Assembly: GCA_963530345.1 (NCBI GenBank)
Contig: CAUSBR010000001.1
Coordinates: 104,053 to 168,052, forward strand
Direction of reading: 5' to 3'
DNA length: 64,000 bases
DNA from: an uncultured Candidatus Saccharibacteria bacterium
GTDB taxonomy: Bacteria; Patescibacteriota; Saccharimonadia; Saccharimonadales; Saccharimonadaceae
The notes under the pieces: model-generated
Databases searched by the model: none
Told to the model about the DNA's origin: nothing
The model's input: the letters and a program-made list of their open reading frames with translations, nothing else
Shown: one piece after another, positions 29,689 through 39,621 of the stretch
Layout: each line of letters opens with the position of its first letter
Numbering within the stretch: the first letter of the stretch is position 1
Program-made: the position numbers and the translations under genes

Positions 29689-30025
29689 TGCTTACGCCGA
29701 AAGCTTGGCGATTCAGCTGCGCAAAGGATTTTTGGTCTACTGTGTGCTGCTGGTTTGTGCCAAACAACCGCAATATACCGGCGACATTGTGAAGCAATTG
29801 AGCGAGTCGGAGCTGATGGTGGTTGAAGGAACGATTTACCCGCTACTCAGCCGCTTGCAAAAATACGGCTATTTGCAGCACGAATGGCAGGAAAGCGAGC
29901 AAGGTCCACCGCGCAAATATTATTTGCTAACTGACAATGGCAAGCAATTGGTGGACGAATTGAAAGATCGGATAAAACTGTTAAATAATTCGCTGAAAAA
30001 TATCGAGAAAGGAGCAAAGCGATGA
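29678..30025 (+). CDS. PadR-family transcriptional regulator
   Basis: QLRKG, EGTIYPLLSRL, GPPRKYY; GAGGAG RBS before ATG 29678. Confidence 0.92.
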   Translation: MDVSAYAESLAIQLRKGFLVYCVLLVCAKQPQYTGDIVKQLSESELMVVEGTIYPLLSRLQKYGYLQHEWQESEQGPPRKYYLLTDNGKQLVDELKDRIKLLNNSLKNIEKGAKR

Positions 30026-31326
30026 AAGAAATAACCAGAATCCATTTGGCGAAAACGCCGTTTAGCGCGGAGATTGATGCCAAAAAATCATTGGAGAAAT
30101 ATCTTAATTTAATTCAGAAAAACATGCATGCCGAGCCGGAAGCCATGCAAGAAATTGAAGCGCGAATGGTGGAGCTTTTGGCGGAGCGCGGCGTGGCAAA
30201 GGACGGCGTGATTGGCAACGATGATGTTCTGGCAATTCAGAAACAGATGGGCGAGCCGCGCGATTTTTCGGACGGTAGCGACAATGCGGAGACAGATGTT
30301 GACGTAGATGACGAGGTATTGGGCAATTCGTCTAAGCAGCTAATGCGCGATACTGAACATGGTTTGATCGGCGGCGTGTGTGCTGGCGTAGCAGCTTATT
30401 TTGGCGTTAATCCGTTGTGGATACGCTTGATCGCTATCTTTTCGCCGTTTATAACGTTTGGCACGGCGGTGCTGATTTACATCGTCATGTGGTTGTCGAT
30501 TCCTGAAGCGCGGACGGCTTCGGACAAGCTGCGGATGCGCGGTGAGCCGGTGACGCTGGATGCGCTCAAACGCTTGTCAGTTGACGATAGTACTAAAAAG
30601 CAAGCAGCAAGCACCGCCACCAAGATTTTCCGCTTTTTGCTGGGAATTATATTGGCGATGATAGCGTTTGGACTGCTGGTGGCGCTGCTGGTCGGCGGCG
30701 TGTTTGGCTTTGGCGCAGTGGCAGCGTTGAACGGATTTACCGCGCAAAGCTGGGCGTGGGGATTGCTATGCTGCTTGGTTTTGGGCGGCGCAGTTTTGTT
30801 CACTTTGACGTTGCTGGCTACTTGGAGCGTCTTCACCTGGAAGCTGAAGCGTCCGGCGATTATAGCGATGTTGGGTCTGTTGATGGCTGGCGCGGTTTGT
30901 TTGTCGGGCGTGGCAATTTTCAGCGCTAATACTTATTCGAATCTAACTTACGATTACGAGAAAACTCTAAAAGTTAAAACTGTTGACGCCTCGGAGGTTG
31001 CTGCCGGCGCTAAAAGTATAGTAGTTGATGGCAACGGTGAATATGTTGCGATGGAATACGGCGGCTATGCCGAAAAGACTCGGTTGGAAGTAAAATATCA
31101 CGACACGCAATATTCCAAAGTACCGGAAGTAAAATTGCGTCGCGACGGCGACAAACTCGTGGTTAATGTAAAAAGCCAGATAGACGAGACGTGCAGTCAT
31201 CGCGGTTTCACGGAGTCTATGCGCTGTCGCTACATGTACGGTCCGGTTTCTGTTAGGGTTTACGGCCCGGTGGATTTGCTGGCGCCTGGCCGCGGCCGCG
31301 ATAATACGTTTAATTATAACGATTAA
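30022..31326 (+). CDS. PspC domain-containing membrane protein
   Basis: LIGGVCAGVAAYFGV...YIVMWLSIPEA PspC motif; PadR-PspC pairing. Confidence 0.85.
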   Translation: MKEITRIHLAKTPFSAEIDAKKSLEKYLNLIQKNMHAEPEAMQEIEARMVELLAERGVAKDGVIGNDDVLAIQKQMGEPRDFSDGSDNAETDVDVDDEVLGNSSKQLMRDTEHGLIGGVCAGVAAYFGVNPLWIRLIAIFSPFITFGTAVLIYIVMWLSIPEARTASDKLRMRGEPVTLDALKRLSVDDSTKKQAASTATKIFRFLLGIILAMIAFGLLVALLVGGVFGFGAVAALNGFTAQSWAWGLLCCLVLGGAVLFTLTLLATWSVFTWKLKRPAIIAMLGLLMAGAVCLSGVAIFSANTYSNLTYDYEKTLKVKTVDASEVAAGAKSIVVDGNGEYVAMEYGGYAEKTRLEVKYHDTQYSKVPEVKLRRDGDKLVVNVKSQIDETCSHRGFTESMRCRYMYGPVSVRVYGPVDLLAPGRGRDNTFNYND

Positions 31327-31329
31327 AAC

Positions 31330-31362
31330 TTTAAGCAACTTTTCATGACGCGCCTATACAGT
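31330..31362 (+). promoter_or_regulatory. CiaR-box-like direct repeat plus -10
   Basis: TTTAAG-N5-TTTCAT, 10 nt, TACAGT, 7 nt, ATG. Confidence 0.55.
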
Positions 31363-31369
31363 AGCGCTC

Positions 31370-34087
31370 ATGAAAGCAGCTACAATTACTCAACCCTTGG
31401 CGTCGGCGGCTCCGGCAGTCGACGACCAAATTTTGCGACCGCTCAATCCGCGGACATTGACGGTCGATATCGTATTGCCAGTTCTTAACGAAGCTCATGT
31501 GCTTGAGCAGTCGGTTACCAAACTGCATAGATATCTTGCCAGCAATCTGCCGTATAAATGGCGTATAATTATTGCCGATAATGGTAGCACCGATGGTACA
31601 GCGGCGATTGCTCGCCGGCTAGCTGAGAGACATCCAGAGATCCGCTTGCTACAATTGCCAGAAAAAGGCCGCGGCCGGGCTCTTAAACAGGCTTGGGTGA
31701 GTAGCAAGGCGGACATTCTAGCCTATATGGATATTGATTTGTCGACGAATCTTGACAGTTTTAAACCGATGATTACGTCGCTGATTACTGGAGACGCTGG
31801 ATTAGCGACTGGTTCTCGTTTGATGAAAGAATCGCGGACAAGGCGCGGTTTTAAACGCGAGATTATCTCGCGCTGTTATAATCGAATCATCAGGACTACT
31901 ATGAAGACTAATTTTGTCGATGCGCAGTGCGGCTTCAAAGCAATTCGCCGCGACCTAGCGCAAAAGTTATTGCCGCATATTAAAGACAAAGCTTGGTTTT
32001 TTGATACTGAATTGCTGGTTAAAGCGGAATACGAAGGCTACAAAATTCATGAAGAACCGGTCGAGTGGGTAGAAGACGCTGATTCGCGAGTGCGTATTGT
32101 TGAAACGGCGGCAGACGACATCAAGGGCCTATCGCGTGTTCGCAAAGAGTATGGTAAATCAAGTTTTGGCGAAATGGCAGCCTTTGGCGGTTTACTGCTT
32201 TTTATGTCTATATTTTATCTATGGAACTTGACAATCAACGGTATGGCAAATAGCTACTATGCGGCGGCAGCGCAAGCTGCTAGTACTAGTTGGCTAGCTT
32301 GGTTGTTTGGCAGTCTGGATGCTGCCAATTTTGTTAGCGTTGATAAGCCGCCGATTAGCATGATGATTATGGGGTTGTTTGGTAGATTATTTGGCTTCTC
32401 ATCTTGGAGTATGCTGTTACCGCATGCACTAGCGGGAATCGCGACGGTGGTGCTAGTTTATCTGGTGGTTAGACGCTGGTATGGTGCTCGTGCCGGATTG
32501 ATTACCGGGGCGGTAATGGCGTTGACACCAGCTGCTGCGCTAATGTTTCGTTTTAACAATCCAGATAGTTTCTTGACGCTATTTTTGACGGCCAGTGCTT
32601 ATAGTTTTTTGCGGGCTTTCGAAGGAAATAAGCCAGTGTTGTGGTTGAGTCTGGCTGGCTTATTTACGGGGTTTGCTTTTAATACTAAAATGTTACAAGG
32701 TTTGCTTTTGTTGCCGATAATGACAATCATTTACATTAGCTTTGCACGCCCAAAATTCACTACCAGAATGTGGCATCTCGGCGTGGCCGGCATAGTGACA
32801 ATCGTATCGACGTTTTGGTGGAGTATTTTGGTGTGGCTAACGCCAGCGGTAAGCAGACCTTGGGTTGGCAGCACGAGCGACAATAGCATATGGAGTTTGA
32901 TATTTGGTTATAACGGTTTTGGAAGACTGTTGGGTGATGGTGGCGGCCCTGGAGGCCGGCCAGACGGTATGATGCAAATGGGTGCGCAGGCTGCTAGTCA
33001 AACCGCTTCGCCAACAGCGCAACTAATGATGCCGCCGATTGGTATGATGGGCGGCAGTTTTGGTGCGGGCGGTCATGGCAACGGTCCTGGCGGTGTTGGC
33101 TTTGGCGGCGAGACTGGCGTGCTGCGTATATTTAATGAGAGCTTTGGGCCGAATATTGCTTGGCTAATTCCGGTAGCCTTGATTAGCGCTGGGTTAGTAA
33201 TCTGGTTGTTGCGCCGAGCACCGCGACACAATAAGGAGCGCATCGGTGTGTTATTATGGCTGGGTTGGCTGCTGATGCATATAGTAATTTTCAGCATGAC
33301 CAGTGGCACTATTCATCCATATTACGTTGTAACTATGGCGCCGGCAGTAGCAGCGCTGGTCGGTATCGGGGCGCCATACATATGGCAAGCTTACACGCGT
33401 CGCACCAAAGTAGCCTGGATACTGCCGCTGAGTATCGCGCTAACGACAATTCTTAGCATTATTATGCTCGGCTATAGCAACTATTGGCCTTGGCTGATGT
33501 GGCTAGTGATGATTGCCGGTGGTGTAGCAACTATTTTGACGCTGCTGCTGTTACCGCAGACGAAACGGCTTAAACAAATTATTCTTGGCTTAGCAATTAC
33601 TGCTGGTATGGCGGCACCGATTGTCTTTAGTGTTAGCACGGTAGCTACAGCGCATAGCGGCAGTATTCCAACGGCTGGTCCAGGCGCTTCAGCGATGAGC
33701 AATACAAATAATGAGTCGGCGCGAGCTGAATCGACGCTCGTCTCGTTTTTGCTAGAAAACCGTCATGGCACGACATGGCTGGCGGCAGTTAATAGTGCTA
33801 ACGAATCGGCACCGATTCAATTATCAAGCGGTCAGCCAGTTATGGCCATCGGCGGCTTCAATGGTAGTGACTCGACGTTGACGCTATCACAATTCAAACA
33901 GCTCGTCCATCAGGGCAAAATCCGCTACTATGTATTAAATAGTATACATGAGAAATCTGGCGGTCCCAGCGGCATAAGTGGACCAGGTGGTAACTCCGAA
34001 ATCTTATCATGGGTGAAAAGTGCTGGTAGTAAAGTCGATTACGGCGGTACGCAATATACAGTTTATGATCTTGCGGCGGTTGCTTAA
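31370..34087 (+). CDS. Fusion of a GT2 polyprenyl-phosphate glycosyltransferase and an ArnT/PMT-family GT-C (YkcC-YkcB-like)
   Basis: VLPVLNE, IADNGSTD, YMDIDLST and DAQCGFK, then NSYYAAA, VDKPP, FRFNNPD and many TM helices. Confidence 0.88.
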   Translation: MKAATITQPLASAAPAVDDQILRPLNPRTLTVDIVLPVLNEAHVLEQSVTKLHRYLASNLPYKWRIIIADNGSTDGTAAIARRLAERHPEIRLLQLPEKGRGRALKQAWVSSKADILAYMDIDLSTNLDSFKPMITSLITGDAGLATGSRLMKESRTRRGFKREIISRCYNRIIRTTMKTNFVDAQCGFKAIRRDLAQKLLPHIKDKAWFFDTELLVKAEYEGYKIHEEPVEWVEDADSRVRIVETAADDIKGLSRVRKEYGKSSFGEMAAFGGLLLFMSIFYLWNLTINGMANSYYAAAAQAASTSWLAWLFGSLDAANFVSVDKPPISMMIMGLFGRLFGFSSWSMLLPHALAGIATVVLVYLVVRRWYGARAGLITGAVMALTPAAALMFRFNNPDSFLTLFLTASAYSFLRAFEGNKPVLWLSLAGLFTGFAFNTKMLQGLLLLPIMTIIYISFARPKFTTRMWHLGVAGIVTIVSTFWWSILVWLTPAVSRPWVGSTSDNSIWSLIFGYNGFGRLLGDGGGPGGRPDGMMQMGAQAASQTASPTAQLMMPPIGMMGGSFGAGGHGNGPGGVGFGGETGVLRIFNESFGPNIAWLIPVALISAGLVIWLLRRAPRHNKERIGVLLWLGWLLMHIVIFSMTSGTIHPYYVVTMAPAVAALVGIGAPYIWQAYTRRTKVAWILPLSIALTTILSIIMLGYSNYWPWLMWLVMIAGGVATILTLLLLPQTKRLKQIILGLAITAGMAAPIVFSVSTVATAHSGSIPTAGPGASAMSNTNNESARAESTLVSFLLENRHGTTWLAAVNSANESAPIQLSSGQPVMAIGGFNGSDSTLTLSQFKQLVHQGKIRYYVLNSIHEKSGGPSGISGPGGNSEILSWVKSAGSKVDYGGTQYTVYDLAAVA

Positions 34088-34115
34088 GAATACTTTAAGC
34101 TTAACCGCGCATACT
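34083..34115 (+). promoter_or_regulatory. CiaR-box-like direct repeat plus -10
   Basis: CTTAAG-N5-TTTAAG, 10 nt, CATACT. Confidence 0.7.
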
Positions 34116-34145
34116 GTCATTACAAACCTAAGCAAAGGAGTGAAT

Positions 34146-34403
34146 ATGACCAAGAATTTGAATTTGACAACTGATGAAGCGCTTGTTTTGCAGCAGATTA
34201 GCGAGAGTGGTGAGGAAGACCTGACGGGACTAACCGAAAGCTTGCAAATGAGCCGTCCGAAATTGATGACACAGCTGAGTCGCCTCAAAAACAAAGGTTT
34301 AATCAAAATTAAAACGACCGCTGGCGATTGGTGGATTTCGATGAGCCGCCGCGGCAAGCAGACGACTCACTACTTGTGGCCAGAAATGTCCTTAAATTAC
34401 TAA
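34146..34403 (+). CDS. Small winged-helix (MarR-like) protein
   Basis: AAGGAG RBS; LQMSRPKLMTQLSRLKNKGLI HTH-wing pattern. Confidence 0.65.
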   Translation: MTKNLNLTTDEALVLQQISESGEEDLTGLTESLQMSRPKLMTQLSRLKNKGLIKIKTTAGDWWISMSRRGKQTTHYLWPEMSLNY

Positions 34404-34436
34404 ACCATTAGACAAAAGAAAGGTTATAATAAAATT

Positions 34437-35126
34437 ATGAAGATTTTGGTTGTTGACGACGAGAAACGAATTGCCAAGTCGATCAAGCAAGGGCTCGAAA
34501 TGGACGGCTACGCGGTTGATATCGAGCATGATGGCGAGGATGGCTACAATGCAGCGCGGGCTGATGATTATGATCTCATCATTCTCGACGTGATGATGCC
34601 GATCATGAATGGCTTTGAAGTCGCCAAAAAGCTGCGCGCTGACGATAATAAAACGCCAATCTTGATGTTGACAGCCAAAGATCAGAATAAAGATATTGTG
34701 AAAGGCTTGGATAGCGGCGCTGATGACTATTTACCGAAGCCGTTTAGCTTCGAGGTTCTCGGCGCTCGCGTTCGGGCATTGCTGAGGCGGCCGCAGGATG
34801 TACTTGATAACATTTTGACAGTGCGCGATCTTGAACTTGATATCGCTAACCACACTGCTAAACGGGCTGGTAAAGATATCAAGCTATCTAACAAAGAATT
34901 TGCCATTCTTGAATATTTGCTGCGCAACAAGAATCAAATTCTCAGCAAGCAAAACATCATGACGCACGTTTGGGACTTTGATGCTGATATTTTGCCGAAT
35001 AATGTTGAAGTTTTTATTAACTATTTACGCAACAAAATTGATAAGCCTTTTCCAGACGCTGATCCGATTATCCAAACGGTACGAGGGTTTGGATATATCG
35101 TTAAGGACGAGATTAGAAAAGCATGA
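34437..35126 (+). CDS. OmpR/PhoB-family response regulator
   Basis: ILVVDDE, LDVMMP, GADDYLPKPF, IQTVRGFGY. Confidence 0.95.
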   Translation: MKILVVDDEKRIAKSIKQGLEMDGYAVDIEHDGEDGYNAARADDYDLIILDVMMPIMNGFEVAKKLRADDNKTPILMLTAKDQNKDIVKGLDSGADDYLPKPFSFEVLGARVRALLRRPQDVLDNILTVRDLELDIANHTAKRAGKDIKLSNKEFAILEYLLRNKNQILSKQNIMTHVWDFDADILPNNVEVFINYLRNKIDKPFPDADPIIQTVRGFGYIVKDEIRKA

Positions 35127-36136
35127 AAAATGTTGGTCAACGTGCCGTTGTTCGCTTAGCGGGGACCTATTTGGCGATCATCATGTCTATGTCGATCGCC
35201 TTTAGTTTGATAATTTATGGACTATCAAGCCAAGAATTTCATCGCCGGCCGCCGAATGATCAGCAGGCAACTTCTACGATTCGTTCCGCCGAGCCGGGTA
35301 CGGTTATTTCAATTCACAGCTATCTTGATACGCGTGAAGATGAAGCGATGGCGGCGATTCGCCTAAACTTGCTGCTGGCAAATTTGACGGTGTTTTTAAT
35401 AGGTGGACTAATCAGCTATCTGCTAGCTCAGCATACGCTGCAGCCAATCGAGGATAACATGGCGGCGCAATCGCGTTTTGTCAGCGATGCTAGCCACGAA
35501 TTACGCACGCCGTTGACCGCACTACTGGCAGCTAATGAGGTGGCATCAATGAATCCGAAATTGACTCTCAAACAGGCTAAGCAAGTTATCGCCGACAATG
35601 TTGATGATGTTAAACGTTTACAAAAATTAACCAACTCAATGTTAGGGTTGCTCAAAGAAGACAAGCTGGAAATTCAGAAAGGCAAGGTCGGTTTGCAATC
35701 GGTGATTGCTCGGGCGATGAACCTAGTAGTAAATCAGGCGCTGGCAAAAGATATTGCTATCGATGATAAAACTAAAAATTTTTTGCTGCTTGGCGATCGA
35801 CAAAGTTTAGAACAGCTTTTCACGATTTTGCTAGACAATGCTATTAAATATAGTAACAAAGGCGGTACCATTATTATTTCTAGCAGCAAAAAGGGTAAGC
35901 ACGTCAGCGTTGCTGTAGCGGACGCTGGTATTGGCATGAGCGACGAAGTAAAGTCGCAGATTTTTACGCGATTTTATAGAGCTGAAGAGTCGCGTACTAC
36001 TGCTGGATACGGCTTAGGCTTGTCAATTGCCGAGCGGATTATTAAGGCGCATGGCGGACGAATTAACGTCGATAGCGAACAGAATGTTGGTTCGACTTTT
36101 ACGGTCATTCTTCCTGCATACAACAAGAAAAAATAG
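35123..36136 (+). CDS. Sensor histidine kinase
   Basis: Two TM segments, DASHELRTPL, LLDNAIKY, DAGIG, GYGLGLSI. Confidence 0.95.
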   Translation: MKNVGQRAVVRLAGTYLAIIMSMSIAFSLIIYGLSSQEFHRRPPNDQQATSTIRSAEPGTVISIHSYLDTREDEAMAAIRLNLLLANLTVFLIGGLISYLLAQHTLQPIEDNMAAQSRFVSDASHELRTPLTALLAANEVASMNPKLTLKQAKQVIADNVDDVKRLQKLTNSMLGLLKEDKLEIQKGKVGLQSVIARAMNLVVNQALAKDIAIDDKTKNFLLLGDRQSLEQLFTILLDNAIKYSNKGGTIIISSSKKGKHVSVAVADAGIGMSDEVKSQIFTRFYRAEESRTTAGYGLGLSIAERIIKAHGGRINVDSEQNVGSTFTVILPAYNKKK

Positions 36137-36138
36137 TT

Positions 36139-36171
36139 TTTAAGGCGTCTTTAATAGCTCCTAGTTATATT
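36139..36171 (+). promoter_or_regulatory. CiaR-box-like direct repeat plus -10
   Basis: TTTAAG-N5-TTTAAT, 10 nt, TATATT. Confidence 0.65.
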
Positions 36172-36206
36172 TTAATCAATATTAATTAACAAAAGGAGAT
36201 GAATAA

Positions 36207-36551
36207 ATGTCAACTAAAATTGAAGATGGTTTTGAAATGCCTTCTGGTGGTACGCCGTCAATACGGCCAGTAGCGCAATGCTCGTCTATGACGCCAACTA
36301 TGATTTTGGCCGTCATAGCAATTGTGTTGTTCGCTGGCGGGTTAGGCTTTGCTGGCGGCATGCAGATCAATAAATCGCCGCAGAGTGATGCAGTGAGCGG
36401 TGTGCCTAGCGGGCCAGTGCAACAACAAACTAATCCTAGTACGAATAATACCGCCACGCCGCAAGGAATGTCTAGCTCATCAAACAAGAATCAACAAGCA
36501 GGTCCACAAACTAACGCAGGTACACCAAATACCAATATGAATAACAGCTAG
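36207..36551 (+). CDS. Small single-TM protein with a low-complexity Q/N/S tail
   Basis: AAGGAG RBS, one TM segment (LFAGGLGFAGG), disordered C-terminus. Confidence 0.65.
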   Translation: MSTKIEDGFEMPSGGTPSIRPVAQCSSMTPTMILAVIAIVLFAGGLGFAGGMQINKSPQSDAVSGVPSGPVQQQTNPSTNNTATPQGMSSSSNKNQQAGPQTNAGTPNTNMNNS

Positions 36552-37297
36552 TAGCTGATTCCAGCAGATTTCATTGCTGGCTGGATAACAAACTTTTCAA
36601 AATCATCAGCATTAGCCCAAACATAACTAGCATTAGTATCGGTGTTTGTGCCGCTAACTAGCTTACCGTTAAGGACTTTTTGGCTGCCGACATCTTTGCC
36701 GTTAATGTACATAGCCGGCGTGCCGCCAACGCTGTCCTTTTTGCCGAGCGCCATGTCGTAATCAATTTTTTTACGGATATTTGGATTTTCGAGATCAGCC
36801 TTGAATTTTTCTACATTCAAGCCTTTGATGTCGGAGGCTAACTTCACAAAGTTTTCGGTACGAGTTGACCCAGATAACTCTACCCAGCTAGCTCGATTTT
36901 CGAAAAGCGAGTTGTGCATTTCCCAGTACTTACCTTGTAGTCCAGCTGATTCGGCAGCAGCCGCCGCGGCCAGCGCGTTCGGGTGCGCGCTAGTTAGCGG
37001 ATAATTGCGGAAAATAAACCCGATCTTGTCTTTGTACTTTTCAATGACTTTTTTGGTGACCGGGTAAGATGAATTGCAGCCTGGACATTGAAAATCGGCA
37101 TATTCAACTAATAGTACTTTGCTGTTAGCGTTACCATAAACATGTTCGCTAATATCGCCGCTTTCGCTTGATGCTGGCTGCGCCTTCGTAGTATCGACAC
37201 TTGAAACATCAATTTGATTGCGCTGCTGTAAAAAGATTAAGCCGCCAATCAATCCTACGCACATCGCCGCAAAAATAATCCATGCCTTTTTGGTCAT
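36548..37297 (-). CDS. DsbA-family thioredoxin-fold oxidoreductase
   Basis: EYADFQCPGC and GTPAMYING; N-terminal TM. Confidence 0.9.
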   Translation of the reverse strand: MTKKAWIIFAAMCVGLIGGLIFLQQRNQIDVSSVDTTKAQPASSESGDISEHVYGNANSKVLLVEYADFQCPGCNSSYPVTKKVIEKYKDKIGFIFRNYPLTSAHPNALAAAAAAESAGLQGKYWEMHNSLFENRASWVELSGSTRTENFVKLASDIKGLNVEKFKADLENPNIRKKIDYDMALGKKDSVGGTPAMYINGKDVGSQKVLNGKLVSGTNTDTNASYVWANADDFEKFVIQPAMKSAGISY

Positions 37298-37376
37298 ATT
37301 TCCTCCGCTTATTACTAGAGGCTATTATACTGCTTATGAGCTCGCCAATCAAGCGGGCTTGCGGTACAATATGTGT

Positions 37377-38396
37377 ATGCGGTTATTCTTAGCGATTTTG
37401 TTTGTGATGATTACTTTAGCGTTGATAGCGGTGACGTCAATTTCGCCGCGCCGAACAAAGCTATCAATGTACGAGTTAGAACGCCGCCGTCGTAAGGGCG
37501 ACACCGCAGCGGCTGACGAATTACGGCGAATACTACTGCTTGATGATATTGTATCGCTGCGTAAGGCAACCGAAGCTCTACTACTGGTTCTGGCGGTATT
37601 ATCGGCAGTATCGGCGTTTGGTTTTTTTATCGGCATAGCTATTAGCGTGATGACGTCTTTAGTCTATAGTAGAATTGCTCATGTTGACTGGTTGGTGCAG
37701 ATGGTTGATGGATATTACCGGCGGATAGAGCCGAGATTGCTGACTTTCGTCGAGCGGCATCCGCGCTTGGGGCAAGTTTTGCGCAGTGTTAATGTGCAGA
37801 ATGAGCCGAATATTCTTAGCTCGCGGGAAGAACTTGAGCATTTGATACGCGAATCATCGGGAATATTGTCGCTTGAAGAGAAAAAACTAATCAATAATGC
37901 CCTGCATTTTCATGAAAAAACCGTCGAAGAGGTAATGACGCCGCGCGGCGTAATGAATACAGTAGCTAAGGAAGATGTGATTGGGCCGTTGCTGCTTGAT
38001 GAACTGCATAAGACTGGCCATAGCCGCTTCCCGGTGACTGACGGTGATATTGACCATATTGTTGGCATTCTGCATATTCGTAGCTTACTGACGCTCGATA
38101 ACGGTAAGAAAACTAGCCGTGTTGAAACGGCGATGGACAAGAAGATTTACTTTATCAACCAAAACCAGAAGCTGGAGCGCGCTTTGTCGGCCTTTATCAA
38201 GACGCGGCATCATATGTTTATTGTTGTTAATGATTATCGCGAGACAGCGGGCATTCTAACGCTCGAGGATGCACTAGAGGCGTTGCTCGGCCGTAAAATC
38301 CTAGATGAATTTGATGTAGTTGACGATTTGCGCGTGCTAGCAGCGCGTAATCCGAACAAAAATAATAAGAGTCCATCGGCTACTGACGTCAAATAA
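37377..38396 (+). CDS. CNNM/CorC-like membrane protein with a CBS pair
   Basis: TM region, VEEVMTPR, GHSRFPV, GILTLEDALE. Confidence 0.8.
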   Translation: MRLFLAILFVMITLALIAVTSISPRRTKLSMYELERRRRKGDTAAADELRRILLLDDIVSLRKATEALLLVLAVLSAVSAFGFFIGIAISVMTSLVYSRIAHVDWLVQMVDGYYRRIEPRLLTFVERHPRLGQVLRSVNVQNEPNILSSREELEHLIRESSGILSLEEKKLINNALHFHEKTVEEVMTPRGVMNTVAKEDVIGPLLLDELHKTGHSRFPVTDGDIDHIVGILHIRSLLTLDNGKKTSRVETAMDKKIYFINQNQKLERALSAFIKTRHHMFIVVNDYRETAGILTLEDALEALLGRKILDEFDVVDDLRVLAARNPNKNNKSPSATDVK

Positions 38397-38406
38397 GTTA
38401 GTAATT

Positions 38407-38446
38407 TTAGCACTCTTGCACTTCGAGTGCTAACGCGCTATACTAT
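38407..38446 (+). promoter_or_regulatory. CIRCE overlapping the dnaJ promoter
   Basis: Perfect TTAGCACTC-N9-GAGTGCTAA (38407-38433); -35 TTGCAC lies in its spacer, 17 nt before TATACT. Confidence 0.93.
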
Positions 38447-38452
38447 AGCAAT

Positions 38453-39568
38453 ATGGCAAAGCGCGACTATTATGAAGTACTAGGTATCAGCAAAAACGCC
38501 TCTGAAGACGAAGTCAAGAAAGCTTTTCGTAAGCTGGCTGTTAAATATCACCCCGACAAAGAAGGCGGCAGTGAAGAGAAATTCAAAGAGATTAACGAAG
38601 CTTACGAAGTTCTCAAAGACAAGCAAAAACGCCAACGTTACGACCAGTTCGGTCATGCTGGCGTAGGCGGTTCTGGCGGCGGTGCTGGTTACAGTGGTAA
38701 TCCTTTTGAAGGTTTTGGCGGTTTCGGCCAAGGTCAAAATATTAATTTCGATTTTGGCGAAGGCTTAGGCGATATTTTCAGTCAGTTTTTTGGTGGGCCG
38801 TCCGGGCAATCGCGCCGCAATAGCCGGCCGCGCGGGCGCGACGTTGAAACGCGTGTTACTTTGACTTTCGAAGAAGCAGTATTTGGTAAAGATGTCGAGA
38901 TTGCGTTAATGATTAACGATGAATGCGAGCATTGCCACGGTACGACCGTCGAGCCGGGTTTCGAGATGAAAACTTGTCCAGATTGCCAAGGGGCTGGCCA
39001 GCGTGTCCGCACAATGAACACGATGTTTGGCCCGATCCAACAAGCGGTAGTTTGTGAAACCTGTAAAGGCCGCGGTAAAATACCCGAGAAAGAATGCACA
39101 GTTTGTCATGGCTCTGGTGTGCAGCGCCGCGAGCAGAAAATCACTGTCAAAATTCCAGCAGGTATTGATGACGGTTCGACGATTCGTTTGCGCGAGCGCG
39201 GTGAAGCGATTGCCGACGGCGACCGTGGTGATTTATACATCAATATTCGCGTTAAAGCGCATAAGAAGTTTACCCGCGAGGGCGATTTGATTCTTAGCCA
39301 AGAACATATCGGTATGGTTGGTGCGGCACTCGGTACTGAAATTGACGTTGAGACAGTCGACGGCATAATTACCATGAAGGTACCGGCCGGTACGCAGTCG
39401 GGTACTGATTTTAAATTGTCTGGCCATGGTGTCCCGTACCCGCGCAGCGAACGGCGCGGCGCCCATATCGTTAGCATTATTGTTGACACGCCGACTAAAC
39501 TATCCAAAAAGCAGCGTGAACTGTTAGAGCAATTCGAAGCCTCTAAAAAACGCGGTATTTTCTCGTGA
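38453..39568 (+). CDS. dnaJ: Chaperone DnaJ
   Basis: J domain with HPD, G/F region, four CxxCxGxG-type repeats. Confidence 0.97.
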   Translation: MAKRDYYEVLGISKNASEDEVKKAFRKLAVKYHPDKEGGSEEKFKEINEAYEVLKDKQKRQRYDQFGHAGVGGSGGGAGYSGNPFEGFGGFGQGQNINFDFGEGLGDIFSQFFGGPSGQSRRNSRPRGRDVETRVTLTFEEAVFGKDVEIALMINDECEHCHGTTVEPGFEMKTCPDCQGAGQRVRTMNTMFGPIQQAVVCETCKGRGKIPEKECTVCHGSGVQRREQKITVKIPAGIDDGSTIRLRERGEAIADGDRGDLYINIRVKAHKKFTREGDLILSQEHIGMVGAALGTEIDVETVDGIITMKVPAGTQSGTDFKLSGHGVPYPRSERRGAHIVSIIVDTPTKLSKKQRELLEQFEASKKRGIFS

Positions 39569-39621
39569 GACACGGGCTTTTAACTTGTCATCGTACATAG
39601 ACGACATGATAAAATAAAAGC

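Noticed and set aside
37377..38396. Hemolysin toxin call
   Set aside because: The CNNM/CBS architecture points to Mg2+/ion homeostasis; the hemolysin label is a common misannotation for this family
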